Source: a virus
Length of the DNA: 64,000 bases
Virus record (IMG/VR): IMGVR_UViG_3300029825_000003
Location: 1 to 64,000 of that record
Direction: 5' to 3' (one strand)
Program-made: the position numbers and the translations under genes
Shown: positions 9,519-19,027 of the stretch, in pieces
Layout: each line of letters begins with the position of its first letter
How positions within the stretch are numbered: the stretch's first letter is position 1
The notes under the pieces: model-generated
What the model was told of the DNA's origin: nothing
The model's database searches: none
Seen by the model: only the letters and a program-made list of their open reading frames with translations

Positions 9519-9653
9519 ATGGAATGTAAAAATTGTAAATTTTATAAACTGCTAGATAATGGGTATCATGGTCAGTGTGTTGTAGTACCAGAAAAGCATA
9601 CATTAGTACATCCGTATAGTTGCCAGTGTACTAAATTTGAGAAAAAAGAATAA
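9519..9653 (+). CDS. CxxC-GxC zinc-finger microprotein (44 aa)
   Basis: MECKNCKFY...GQCVVV...CQCTKF; AAGGAG upstream. Confidence 0.65.
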   Translation: MECKNCKFYKLLDNGYHGQCVVVPEKHTLVHPYSCQCTKFEKKE

Positions 9654-9665
9654 CGGTGAGGGAAA

Positions 9666-9884
9666 ATGCAAGAAGGTAAAGTAAAAATAGCAGACGGCCG
9701 CCCTGAAACAAGGGCCAGTCTAAGTAACTTCAAGAGTAAAATGCAATTAGAAAACCCCCTTGAAAAAATCACAATGGGGGATGCGATAGATTACGCGATA
9801 GTGCAGGCTGAAAGAGTGCCTGCACTCGAAGAAGAAAACAAGAAATTAAAAGAGAGGATTGTGGAACTTGAAAAAGGGGAATAA
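9666..9884 (+). CDS. RHH-like DNA-binding protein with coiled coil
   Basis: VKIADG.PETRASL...TMGDAIDYAI pattern plus heptad tail. Confidence 0.55.
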   Translation: MQEGKVKIADGRPETRASLSNFKSKMQLENPLEKITMGDAIDYAIVQAERVPALEEENKKLKERIVELEKGE

Positions 9885-9886
9885 AA

Positions 9887-10129
9887 ATGAAATCCAAATA
9901 CGAAAAGGATCAAGCTGATAGAGTAATAAAAGAACGTGCTGATAAATACAAAAATCGTATTTATGAATATATAAAAGAGAATAAAGAACTCCCTGACAGT
10001 TTAGATATAGCCGATCATTTTAATATTCCTTGGGACGTTGCGGTTACTGCTACCCGGGATTTGGTAAAGGATGGGAAAATAGTGTGGAATGATGGATTGG
10101 AAATTAAAGGAGAAAAAGAAGGAAAGTGA
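9887..10129 (+). CDS. Winged-helix-like DNA-binding protein
   Basis: DSLDIADHFNIPWDVAVTATRDLVKDGKI. Confidence 0.6.
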   Translation: MKSKYEKDQADRVIKERADKYKNRIYEYIKENKELPDSLDIADHFNIPWDVAVTATRDLVKDGKIVWNDGLEIKGEKEGK

Positions 10130-10134
10130 ATAAA

Positions 10135-10299
10135 ATGAAAACTATCTCTAATTATTTATGGCAAATAGAAAGGCAATTTGGATTTTATCATTGTAAAAAA
10201 TGTCGAATGTTGGGTACAGATAAAAAATATTGCAGGTTCTGGAAAACGGGAGCTTCTGTAGGGCAATACTGCATTCATTGGGAGAGTAAGAAAAAATGA
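10135..10299 (+). CDS. Zinc-finger microprotein (54 aa)
   Basis: CKKCRM...YCRFW...YCIHW. Confidence 0.55.
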   Translation: MKTISNYLWQIERQFGFYHCKKCRMLGTDKKYCRFWKTGASVGQYCIHWESKKK

Positions 10300-10576
10300 T
10301 AAAAATAGGAGATGAACTTTCTGAATTTGGTCAAGGAGGTCTTGCTGCATTGATTTTTGTATTCATTGAGGAAGGGGAATAAAACCATGAAAGGATTCAC
10401 AGCTATCATGGCAGAAATAAAAGGATGTTATAACGTAAACGGCTATATATATATATATGTAAAGATTGCCCACGAGAACATGATGAATCAGAGTGTGAAG
10501 ATTTTAGAGAAAAGGAAGAGATGGATTTACTGTATATTATAAAACTCACAGAATGAGCTTGAGGAGATGAAATAAA

Positions 10577-10735
10577 ATGGGCCAACAATGCAAAAACTGT
10601 AAATCGTGGAAACCACTTACCGAAGGATCTTGTTTAGGATATTGCACTGATTCGTTATCAGACACTCCCAATCTAGAATCAGATTGGTGTTGCGGATGGA
10701 AACCAATAAAAATGTATGGTTCGGAGGTGTTTTAA
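10577..10735 (+). CDS. CxxC-GxC zinc-finger microprotein (52 aa)
   Basis: CKNCKSW...LGYCTD...WCCGW; GAGGAG upstream; TAATG coupling to next gene. Confidence 0.65.
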   Translation: MGQQCKNCKSWKPLTEGSCLGYCTDSLSDTPNLESDWCCGWKPIKMYGSEVF

Positions 10736-10926
10736 TGCAGATTGGTTGTAGAAACAAGACTAAAAAATACATGTGCGAAGATTGCAACTGTATAACTGAT
10801 AGTATAGAGTGTTATGAATTTAGAGATAAACACAGAGCGAGAACAGATATAAATGATAACGCGGAGCCTGTGCTGTTGACAGATGAGAAACGAAATGAGA
10901 TATGGGAACGGATGATAAACTCCTAA
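10735..10926 (+). CDS. Zinc-ribbon microprotein (start MQIGCR within track ORF 10684..10926)
   Basis: CEDCNC; stop/start overlap with upstream gene. Confidence 0.5.
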   Translation: MQIGCRNKTKKYMCEDCNCITDSIECYEFRDKHRARTDINDNAEPVLLTDEKRNEIWERMINS

Positions 10927-10961
10927 ACATGAAGTTTTTGTAATCATAAAGAAGAAGGAGC

Positions 10962-11168
10962 TTGAGTAAAATGGTTAACGCCTGTGATGTATGCGAAGTA
11001 TTTGAACAATGTGCAGAAGCATGTAACCGAAATGAAACTCGCCTCCCTGTTGAACTTGAAAAACTGGCAGCATGTAATTATGAGAGTCATGCAGAGTATG
11101 CGAAGGCAATAGGGAAGCCAGCTTATGTGATTGTGAAAAATGGAGAAGTTGTTGAGGGGCTTGACTAA
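10962..11168 (+). CDS. Cys-rich hypothetical protein
   Basis: CDVC...CAEAC; GGAG upstream. Confidence 0.55.
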   Translation: MSKMVNACDVCEVFEQCAEACNRNETRLPVELEKLAACNYESHAEYAKAIGKPAYVIVKNGEVVEGLD

Positions 11169-11169
11169 A

Positions 11170-11448
11170 ATGAAATCCAAATACGAAACCATAACAGTAA
11201 AACAACTCGACAACATGAAACACGCTCTCGGTCTCGATCAGACAAAAGCTAAACCAAAACGCGGGAAGTACACGGCTTATAGGAATTATTTCTGTACTTA
11301 TGGGAAAAATGACGAATGGGAATCACTTGTAGAATGTGGGCTGGCTACTTTCCATGTAGGAGATCCTTCTGTTTATTATCATGTTTCCGAAGAAGGGTTA
11401 CAGTTTATGAGTGAGATTCTTGGGTTTAAGATAGTGGAAGGTGATTAA
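11170..11448 (+). CDS. Phage-type hypothetical protein, possibly winged helix (start MKSKYE)
   Basis: MKHALG...YRNYF...W..LV..GLA...Y.V+..G pattern, recalled from bacteriophage hypotheticals. Confidence 0.65.
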   Translation: MKSKYETITVKQLDNMKHALGLDQTKAKPKRGKYTAYRNYFCTYGKNDEWESLVECGLATFHVGDPSVYYHVSEEGLQFMSEILGFKIVEGD

Positions 11449-11749
11449 AATGTATGAAATATTTGAATGTCTTCACTGTGGTTATATATTCGACATGACA
11501 GACGAAGGAAGAAAAGATTTCACAAAAACAGGAGGCTGTATAATAAAATGCCCTGAATGTGAATGTCTTGGATTAGAGCCTTACGATATGAAAAAACAAC
11601 GCTCCGGTTGTCTATCATTTGAAACTAAAGAGTTTACATCTTGTGATGGTTGCTTCTTTGAATATCCGAACGATTGTAATGATTATAGGAGGGTTTCAAG
11701 GGTTTATCAGGTATTGACTGTAGATTTTAAAGAAACTGTTTGGAAGTGA
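11441..11749 (+). CDS. Zinc-ribbon protein
   Basis: CLHCG...CPECEC...CDGC. Confidence 0.6.
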   Translation: MIKMYEIFECLHCGYIFDMTDEGRKDFTKTGGCIIKCPECECLGLEPYDMKKQRSGCLSFETKEFTSCDGCFFEYPNDCNDYRRVSRVYQVLTVDFKETVWK

Positions 11750-11814
11750 AGAAAAATGCAATGCCCGTACTGTAAAAAACACTATACAATGAGATGATTA
11801 AGGAGATGGGATAA

Positions 11815-11997
11815 ATGGATATAACAAAATTCAATACCGACCTCAAAAGAAAAAACGAATTATTGACGCAGATCGATAAAAAGATAACATGGTTAGAAGC
11901 GAGGTCTGATAAATTATTTAACGAGATCAGAGAGATGTATAAAACTGCATACCATGAAGGACTTTGGTATAATGAAGAGGAGGATGAATGGAAATGA
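11815..11997 (+). CDS. Coiled-coil hypothetical protein
   Basis: ORF with GGAG RBS. Confidence 0.55.
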   Translation: MDITKFNTDLKRKNELLTQIDKKITWLEARSDKLFNEIREMYKTAYHEGLWYNEEEDEWK

Positions 11998-12302
11998 AAT
12001 TTGAAATACTCGATACAGTTCAGACAAACGATTATTACAATGAACTTGTTGGAGGTTATTTTATTGGAACTGTGATTGGTGTAATACCCACTGAGAGATA
12101 TAGATTAGACGTTGGAAAAGGGATTACTACGATAATTCATGAGAGTTTTATTAAGAAATTTTAAGAGGCAAAAGAGAAATGGAGTTGAATTTTTCAGAAG
12201 AAGACTTGCAGTACTTCTTTATGAAGAGGAAAAACGATTCTGCGAGACGTTAATGTACAGTACGAAAATTGATGAATTAGAGAAGAGAAAGGAGCAATTA
12301 AT

Positions 12303-12461
12303 ATGAAATGTACTTCATGTAAAAACTATAGACTCGAAGCGGGTTGTTGTGTACTAAACGATGAATTGGAAGGGTACGGTATGAATGTAAATGAAATTAA
12401 TAGAATATGGGGAATATCCTTTGAAGATTGTAATAGATGTGAGGTTATAGTACAGGAATGA
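12303..12461 (+). CDS. Zinc-finger microprotein (52 aa)
   Basis: MKCTSCKNY..AGCC...CNRC; GGAG upstream. Confidence 0.55.
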   Translation: MKCTSCKNYRLEAGCCVLNDELEGYGMNVNEINRIWGISFEDCNRCEVIVQE

Positions 12462-12467
12462 TAATAA

Positions 12468-12695
12468 ATGCACATAAAAATAGGCAATATTCAAATATTT
12501 TCATTAGATTTACCTGAGGACGTAAGAGTAGTTAGAACTTGGGTAGATCATGAATATAGAGCGATTTCATTTTTATTGGAAAGTGAGTCATTCGATGAAG
12601 TAGAGGAAGGGTATAGAGCACCTGAAATAAATTACATGCAAGTAACTATTAAAAAACATGATACGGAGACTGTAAATGAAACTCCCCTCTTATAA
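12468..12695 (+). CDS. Hypothetical protein
   Basis: Last ORF of the plus-strand array. Confidence 0.6.
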   Translation: MHIKIGNIQIFSLDLPEDVRVVRTWVDHEYRAISFLLESESFDEVEEGYRAPEINYMQVTIKKHDTETVNETPLL

Positions 12696-12712
12696 TTGAA
12701 GAGGATAACTAA

Positions 12713-12922
12713 TTAATCTTTTTTTACCCATTTCCCAACACTACAAATCGCCACCCCACAAACCCATAATTTTTTCACCTCACAATAACCAACAAGCCCC
12801 TCCCAATCGGGTTGAAAGTTTTTACAAGAAATACATCGCTCGATTGTGAATTCTTTTGATTTTCTTAATTCCTCTTTTTGTGCGGCGATTTCTGCGAGAG
12901 TAGGATAACAATTCATGCACAA
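12713..12922 (-). CDS. CxxC-GxC zinc-finger protein
   Basis: CISCKNF...VGYCEVK...C. Confidence 0.55.
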   Translation of the reverse strand: MCMNCYPTLAEIAAQKEELRKSKEFTIERCISCKNFQPDWEGLVGYCEVKKLWVCGVAICSVGKWVKKD

Positions 12923-13031
12923 TTTTAAGACCCCCGGAGTAATAATAAGAGGACTATTGTGAGGGAAAGGATCTGGAGAAGAACTTCGGAGCGCATATTA
13001 AAGAGATGGAGAGTAAGATAAAAAAGGAAAA

Positions 13032-13409
13032 TTAATTTAATTTAGTCAGATGCTCAAAAGCTATCCTTATATCCTTCCAGTTACCAATAAAGAAATAAGC
13101 TTGCGGGTTGCACCAATCTTTTAAATCTTGATAATATTCCGGTTCAATAGCCTCAACTGTTTTAATAACTATCCATGCATATTGAGATAGAGTACTTAAT
13201 GAGTATCCCGTAATAGTCGTGTTATAGGAATCATCTACTTCATCTTTATATTCTGCGATCTGGTCAAGATACCAATCTTCCCCGATTAAGCGCATGTTGT
13301 AGCCTTCTGGTTTTCCGGCTTTCTCGAGAAAAGAGTCTGCTTCTTCTTCGGATTTGCCTTTTAGATGTGGAATTCTTGTTACTGTGCCTGATTTTAGTTT
13401 GAATATCAT
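13032..13409 (-). CDS. Hypothetical protein
   Basis: ORF with GAGG RBS. Confidence 0.7.
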   Translation of the reverse strand: MIFKLKSGTVTRIPHLKGKSEEEADSFLEKAGKPEGYNMRLIGEDWYLDQIAEYKDEVDDSYNTTITGYSLSTLSQYAWIVIKTVEAIEPEYYQDLKDWCNPQAYFFIGNWKDIRIAFEHLTKLN

Positions 13410-13421
13410 AATTAATCCTCA

Positions 13422-14285
13422 TTAAACTTTTATATCCCATTTTTGAGAGTCCTGGTCCCAATAAAGCCCGACTGAATCTTTTAATCTCTGCCACTCTTTC
13501 GCGTCTGTATCTGTCCCATCTCCCTTGTATATCTCGGCTCGATGTCTGCACCGGGGTTCTTGGAGCACTTTCTCAGCATAATTACTCTGGAGAGTATTCC
13601 AGGTGAAGACCTGGCCCAAGAGACAGACATGATGTGGGCGCGCGATTTCATCGGCAGGCCCTACAAAGACCCATTGAGAATGGTTCTTAATGTACGCCTG
13701 TTTGCGGCCTTCTTCATAGGCTCTGTGTGAGGCGATCTCGGCAAGGAGTGTAGAGTAGGTTAAGACACTCGCATAAAACGGCTTAGAAATGGTTTTAGAA
13801 CGTTCCGATATTTTGAGATCTTTGTCTACATAGAGTTCTTTCTTTTTCTTACCGCCATTATCAATTACAATGTTTTCCTTTCCCTCAAAAACATCCTGGA
13901 CGTATTTTTGGATTTCTTCTTTGGAACTGCCAGCTTCGGACATCTCTTTAACTTTTGTCAATATCTGAGTTTGGGCTGTGGTATTGAACTTCTTAATATT
14001 ACCTAAAAAGAGAGCTAAGAGGATAGCGAGTTCTGCTTTTTCTTCATCTGTGAGACCGTCTTCCTCTTGATCTTCAGCCGACTTAACGGCTGGGAGTTGT
14101 TTAGCTGGGATACTTTTAGCTGGGAGGGTTTGTACTGGGATAGTAGATTGATGTTTTTCACCTGCTGTCCGTCCTGCTATGTAATTGATTGATATTTCTT
14201 GCGAGAGGGCTTCGGCTTGAGAGGATTCAATTTGAGAAAAGGCTTTTTTGAGGGACTTCTTGAATATGGTAAGATTGAGAGGCAT
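13422..14285 (-). CDS. Head morphogenesis / minor capsid protein (Mu gpF / SPP1 gp7-like)
   Basis: E...AY..GR..AY...W.F....DE..RP.H....G..F....P.CR C-terminal pattern. Confidence 0.75.
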   Translation of the reverse strand: MPLNLTIFKKSLKKAFSQIESSQAEALSQEISINYIAGRTAGEKHQSTIPVQTLPAKSIPAKQLPAVKSAEDQEEDGLTDEEKAELAILLALFLGNIKKFNTTAQTQILTKVKEMSEAGSSKEEIQKYVQDVFEGKENIVIDNGGKKKKELYVDKDLKISERSKTISKPFYASVLTYSTLLAEIASHRAYEEGRKQAYIKNHSQWVFVGPADEIARPHHVCLLGQVFTWNTLQSNYAEKVLQEPRCRHRAEIYKGDGTDTDAKEWQRLKDSVGLYWDQDSQKWDIKV

Positions 14286-14328
14286 TGATAAAAAAAGGAT
14301 AGGGAGTTTAAAAAAGGAAAATTAAAAA

Positions 14329-15120
14329 TTATTGTTTCACATATTCATTTATAGTCTTTATAGCCGCTGGATATTTTTCTCCAAATTTCTTCTGCCATCT
14401 GTCCCACATTTGATAATCAATTTCCCATTTTCTAGGAAATGAAACTTTAACTCTACACATTTCAGTATTGATATTTTCAGCGTCTTCTAGATACCAACGT
14501 GGAACGTTTTCTTCTACAAGAATTTTGTAAGGCACAACACTATAACTTAACTGGCTGCCTCCAACTTCTTCCATTAATTTTAGATAAGTTTCGAGACTAC
14601 GGTCATCTAGTGGGACTATTGTATGTCCATTTGTTTCGCATACAAAAGTTTGTGTGGATTTTTTTACTAATTCGTTTTGTGTTTTCCACACTCGTGATCT
14701 TTTATCATTTCCAGTTTCAGGACGTTCTAACGTCTTTGAAACCCACTGTATAAACTTAGCAGTAATTCCTTCTTCTTTAAAATTCTTAAAGTTCTCAACA
14801 TCAGCTTTTATCTCTTCAGGAATTTTAAAGTAGTACGTTGCATAAGTGCAATCGAATTCGTCGTCTTCATCGGATATATAATAAGGACTGTTTATGAGGT
14901 TCTCATTGGGATAATCTTCCCGATTTCCTCCTCCTGTTCTCGTATAGATGTAAATACCATCATCTGAAAATCCACAGTCTCTATATCTCTGAACATCGTT
15001 CTCTTTGAGTTCCAGAATTGCTAAAACGATATCTGTGTTTGGGTTTTTTCCAAAAAGTAAATTATATAAACTCATGTTATTTGCTCCTTTAATCTTTCCT
15101 GCTGAAAGTACAATTCTCAT
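14329..15120 (-). CDS. Hypothetical protein (likely start MSLYNLLFG)
   Basis: R+RD...IYIYTRTGGGNREDY...D.DDEFDCTYAT+YF motif. Confidence 0.7.
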   Translation of the reverse strand: MRIVLSAGKIKGANNMSLYNLLFGKNPNTDIVLAILELKENDVQRYRDCGFSDDGIYIYTRTGGGNREDYPNENLINSPYYISDEDDEFDCTYATYYFKIPEEIKADVENFKNFKEEGITAKFIQWVSKTLERPETGNDKRSRVWKTQNELVKKSTQTFVCETNGHTIVPLDDRSLETYLKLMEEVGGSQLSYSVVPYKILVEENVPRWYLEDAENINTEMCRVKVSFPRKWEIDYQMWDRWQKKFGEKYPAAIKTINEYVKQ

Positions 15121-15280
15121 TCGGGCACACTTTACCCTTCTTTACCCAAGTTTTAGTACTGTTATCATAGACTCTATAAGGCTGTAAATAATGTTTTTTA
15201 CACGCAGGGCATATTTCCCTAGGCTTGCATTGTTTTTCATTTACTGTGCGTCCTTGTTGCTGTCTTTCACCGACTTTCAT
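15089..15280 (-). CDS. Zinc-ribbon microprotein
   Basis: CPACK...CPNENC. Confidence 0.55.
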   Translation of the reverse strand: MKVGERQQQGRTVNEKQCKPREICPACKKHYLQPYRVYDNSTKTWVKKGKVCPNENCTFSRKD

Positions 15281-15690
15281 TTAATACCTCAAAAAATTGA
15301 TTAACAGAGAAGGTGTTCACCCCACATTCTCTTTGCATCCCCTCCGTGATTATATACCCAATCATAGAAACTTTCTGCTCCAGATTCTGTCTTGAAAACT
15401 TTGCTGTTAGTCGTAACGCCATTCATCGAGTAAACAACTTTGAAAGGATATTCGTGTTTTGGGTTTATTCCTAGCATCTTTTTGTCACGTCCTTTTATCT
15501 TACTTCTATATTCTAATACGCAGAACTCATATATAAAACTATGTGTAATAACTACTAATTTTTACACTAAATAAAATTAATTTCTTGTTTTCGGTTTCAT
15601 GGTTAAAATACACTTGTAATAATAGTAATATTTACACAAGTTTTAAATACTTGAAAACTAATTACTATATACTAAGGTACTAGGAAGAGG

Positions 15691-15924
15691 TTGAGTCAAA
15701 TGATAAGCAGAAAAGGCAGAATGAGCAAATGGGATAAAATCCAGAAAACACTTAAGAATGCAAACCCGAAGGATATACACGAAGTTTATACTCTCTTAGA
15801 ACAGTTCCGGCTTACAGGTGCTGAAGAAAGACAAATCGCACAGAGCTGGCAGAGAGAACAGGAAATGTTAAGAGTACATGGAAAAGGGGCTTATGCTCCT
15901 TGTCCTACCCCAGTGGTGGTTTAA
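15691..15924 (+). CDS. Hypothetical protein on the opposite strand inside the packaging block
   Basis: ORF downstream of AT-rich divergent promoter region 15480-15690. Confidence 0.5.
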   Translation: MSQMISRKGRMSKWDKIQKTLKNANPKDIHEVYTLLEQFRLTGAEERQIAQSWQREQEMLRVHGKGAYAPCPTPVVV

Positions 15925-16065
15925 AATGGTTCTTCCTGTACGAACTGAGTTTTGTAACAACTGCAAATCAAGAACAAAAAGGTTCTTCTGTTGGAATAAG
16001 AATTCTGCTTACTTTAGACATAGAGTAGCAGATGAGTTTTTTTGTATCTGCTGGAAAAAGAGGAA

Positions 16066-17874
16066 TTAATCTTCCTCAAAAACGGTTTCTATTGTATTCT
16101 TCCCTGTTTTATATGCATCCTGTAACTTTTTTACAAGTTCTTTTTCCTTAAATCCGCTTGGATCGGTAGGGGAAGCAGAGATTACCCCCTGCTCAGTCAT
16201 TGCCCCGTAGATGAGCGATTTCAAAATAGCATTAACCTGTTTTGCCTCGTCTTCTGTGATAGTTTCCTGCGGCTTTTCCTGCGCCTCGTAGTTAGCTAAT
16301 TCTAATAGACCATAACCATACTCCTCACCCAATGCCTGAACGTCTTCCTTAGAAGCTCCTACAGCTTTGATGTTTGTCAGTGTTTCCGCGTAAGTTTTAG
16401 CGACCTGAGCTTCGTTAAGAAGATCTTTTGTATCTGGAGTATCCAGAACGAAATGAGCTTTAATATCTTCAAATTTATATGCCCCGTCTGTGCCTTTCCA
16501 TTCTCTTTCAGCAAACATTAATTTTATTAATCTGTCTGCTGCCGCTTCGTATTCTGTCCTTTCGCCTGCATGTACTGAATTGAATATTTGCAGGATATTT
16601 CGTGAAGAGGCTAGTTCAGTGCCTGTCGCATCAATAAGCGACATCGGGAAACCTAGAGCCTGCCCTATTTCTTTATTAAGTTGGTCGATTAACATTTGTA
16701 TAAAGGAATCTGATACTGATTTAGCACTTTCAACAGGCTCAAGAGTAATGTCAGGAGCAGTCGTTAAGGACCCTCCGGACTTCATGCTCTTTGTGACATT
16801 ATCAGAAAGAGTCTGCATTGAGGCAATATAAGCGTTATAGTTTGCGATTTCTGCCGCGTAATTAAACGATCCTTCCGCAGGTTTTCTAGGGACTGACGTA
16901 ATAAAAACAGGGTTTCCAGTCATGTCCTTGCCGATTTGGATCATGCCATTTTTAACATGGATAAAAGGACTGAGAATCGCATAAATGAGATTAGGCGCAT
17001 TAACTAAGAGAAGCCTTTTCAACCATATCGCTAAAATAATACTATCCATCGGCGCATGATCTGTTTTATACTCCTCATCATAATAATAATTATGATCCTG
17101 CTTGACATCAGTATTATGCATTGCCAGAATACGTTCTGCGGCTGCGATTCTTAGATTATTGACATCTGTGATATTATAATCAGTTTTATATTTCTCAAAA
17201 AGAGCTTTTACAGCTTCGTTATTTCCTGTTTCCCTCTGATCTATGTACGTCCCGTATGTATCCATGGTACTCCCAAAAGGAATAAACCAGGAATCTACAT
17301 CCATAGTAGTTCCCATGGTAGACCAGGACGTTTTTACCATGGCACGTTGATGGTATGCTATTATTGAGCTATCCCATGGATCAGAAAAGACTTCCATGGT
17401 AGAAGGTTCTAACTTTTCTAAGCGGGATATTTTACCGGCTTGGTCTTTATCCATTCGACGGTAAGAGTGACCTACAAGAATACCGAAATCCTTGTAATCA
17501 TCCCTAAAAACCTGCATCAGTTGAATGGATTCTAACCAGTCTGTTATTTCCTCGATTGCCTGAGAATAGAGTTTATTGTCCTTTGTCTGGACCGTGAAGC
17601 CTTGTAGAAGAGTATTTTTCAGGTAGGGATAAATTGTACCGCTTAAGAGCGGATCTGCTTCAAACGCTTCTTGCCGGAGTTTAGGAGTCGCATGAGGGAG
17701 CTTGTGTTTAGTTTCATGAATCCATTTTAGAAGGTGCTCGTGATTGAGGAAATGCGATTCTATGGGTTCGGCTGCACTTGCTCCGACTGCGGTTGAGGTT
17801 TTATCTGTGGGTGGATTAGCAGATGAGAGTTTAGGAGAAGTAGAAAAAAGAGATGATAGTTTTGGGAGTTGCAT
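16066..17874 (-). CDS. Portal protein
   Basis: 602 aa, downstream of TerL and upstream of gpF-like; ...I..ALGFP..L....G.ELA... portal C-terminal pattern. Confidence 0.8.
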   Translation of the reverse strand: MQLPKLSSLFSTSPKLSSANPPTDKTSTAVGASAAEPIESHFLNHEHLLKWIHETKHKLPHATPKLRQEAFEADPLLSGTIYPYLKNTLLQGFTVQTKDNKLYSQAIEEITDWLESIQLMQVFRDDYKDFGILVGHSYRRMDKDQAGKISRLEKLEPSTMEVFSDPWDSSIIAYHQRAMVKTSWSTMGTTMDVDSWFIPFGSTMDTYGTYIDQRETGNNEAVKALFEKYKTDYNITDVNNLRIAAAERILAMHNTDVKQDHNYYYDEEYKTDHAPMDSIILAIWLKRLLLVNAPNLIYAILSPFIHVKNGMIQIGKDMTGNPVFITSVPRKPAEGSFNYAAEIANYNAYIASMQTLSDNVTKSMKSGGSLTTAPDITLEPVESAKSVSDSFIQMLIDQLNKEIGQALGFPMSLIDATGTELASSRNILQIFNSVHAGERTEYEAAADRLIKLMFAEREWKGTDGAYKFEDIKAHFVLDTPDTKDLLNEAQVAKTYAETLTNIKAVGASKEDVQALGEEYGYGLLELANYEAQEKPQETITEDEAKQVNAILKSLIYGAMTEQGVISASPTDPSGFKEKELVKKLQDAYKTGKNTIETVFEED

Positions 17875-17918
17875 ATATTAGACTGATTGTAAAAAAGATA
17901 TAAAAGAAAATTAAATAA

Positions 17919-18263
17919 TTACACTTCGTGCAGGATAATAATTATTGTATCACCTTCTTTTATTTCTCTAAAAAAATCCGCGTGAACTGGAAGCCTGCCT
18001 TTTTTTTGGAATATTGGTTTAAGTTCTGAAAAACATCTCCGCGTTCCTTGCCGGATATTGTCCTCATTGACTGTGAAAGAATCTTCAGTAGTAAGAAAGA
18101 ACAAGCTTTTCAAAACAAGAACATCTATTTTAAGCCCTTGCGTTAGTTTGCTTGTTATGCTGCCCGCTTGAAGTTTTCCTTCATATTTTTCTGTCTTCGA
18201 TATATCTGAAAATGACTTAACGACTGTATGTTTAATTCCTGAAAATATTATTTTTGAAGTCAT
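17919..18263 (-). CDS. Hypothetical protein inserted between terminase and portal
   Basis: ORF. Confidence 0.6.
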   Translation of the reverse strand: MTSKIIFSGIKHTVVKSFSDISKTEKYEGKLQAGSITSKLTQGLKIDVLVLKSLFFLTTEDSFTVNEDNIRQGTRRCFSELKPIFQKKGRLPVHADFFREIKEGDTIIIILHEV

Positions 18264-18301
18264 TCGATATCCCCAGTTGCCAAAAATAGGAATTAGTTTT
18301 C

Positions 18302-18958
18302 CTATTCGGCTTCATCTTTGAGGGTTTCCTGCATAAGCTTAAGCTCGGTCTTATAGTCGGCTCTTGAGTGATTCACATACACAACGTCTTCGCTCTCAAG
18401 GGTTTCTATTATATTATCAAGAACTGTGTCATTGTCGAGATCTGAATCCATGAAATTGATGTTTGAATATCCAAGGAGATCTATTATATCAGAATATCTC
18501 TGGAACCCATCTCTTACATCGAAGTAATAATATTTGTCATGTTTTGGGGCTTCGATAATGGCATTTTCAATCTTTGACCATTCGCCATAAGCATCATCGT
18601 TTTCAAAACTGAATCTGCCTTTCCAGTTTGAACCGTCCCAGAATAAGTCGAATTTGGCACCGATGTCCTGGAGAAGAGGTTGGATTTTTTCTTTGTAATA
18701 ATCTGCAAACTCTTCAAAGTCTGTATCTTCTGGAATCGTAAATTCAGACGCAAGCCCATTCCAGACAGCTCCGTCAGTGGAATTTGTTTTCATCTGAGTT
18801 TCAACGATGGCAGTTTTCTTTTTCCAGTCAACATAAAGCATTATTCTGCAAATGCTCTGACTATTCTGCATGGGGTCGGCTTCCCAAAATTGGGCGGGTT
18901 TCCAGTTTTCAACGTTCTCATTCTTCAGTGCAAAATTAGTGTTTTCGGTTGTCATCAT
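18302..18958 (-). CDS. Acidic hypothetical protein (moron-like, own TATA-like promoter)
   Basis: ORF; TTAAATA about 35 bp upstream; AGGTGA RBS. Confidence 0.7.
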   Translation of the reverse strand: MMTTENTNFALKNENVENWKPAQFWEADPMQNSQSICRIMLYVDWKKKTAIVETQMKTNSTDGAVWNGLASEFTIPEDTDFEEFADYYKEKIQPLLQDIGAKFDLFWDGSNWKGRFSFENDDAYGEWSKIENAIIEAPKHDKYYYFDVRDGFQRYSDIIDLLGYSNINFMDSDLDNDTVLDNIIETLESEDVVYVNHSRADYKTELKLMQETLKDEAE

Positions 18959-19027
18959 ATGTCACCTGTAGTATATACAGTGCACCCAATATATTTAAGT
19001 GTTTGGGTGATTGGACTTTGAAAAAAA

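Larger units (their letters stand above)
9884..11188 (+). repeat. Exact 22-bp repeat AAAATGAAATCCAAATACGAAA at two gene starts (9884-9905, 11167-11188)
   Basis: Read directly; both genes begin MKSKYE then diverge. Confidence 0.85.
13021..14325 (-). terminator. Repeated U-rich terminator-like motif TTAATTTTCCTTTTT (13021-13035, 14311-14325; variants at 33920 and 60531)
   Basis: Exact 15-bp copies downstream of minus-strand genes. Confidence 0.5.
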
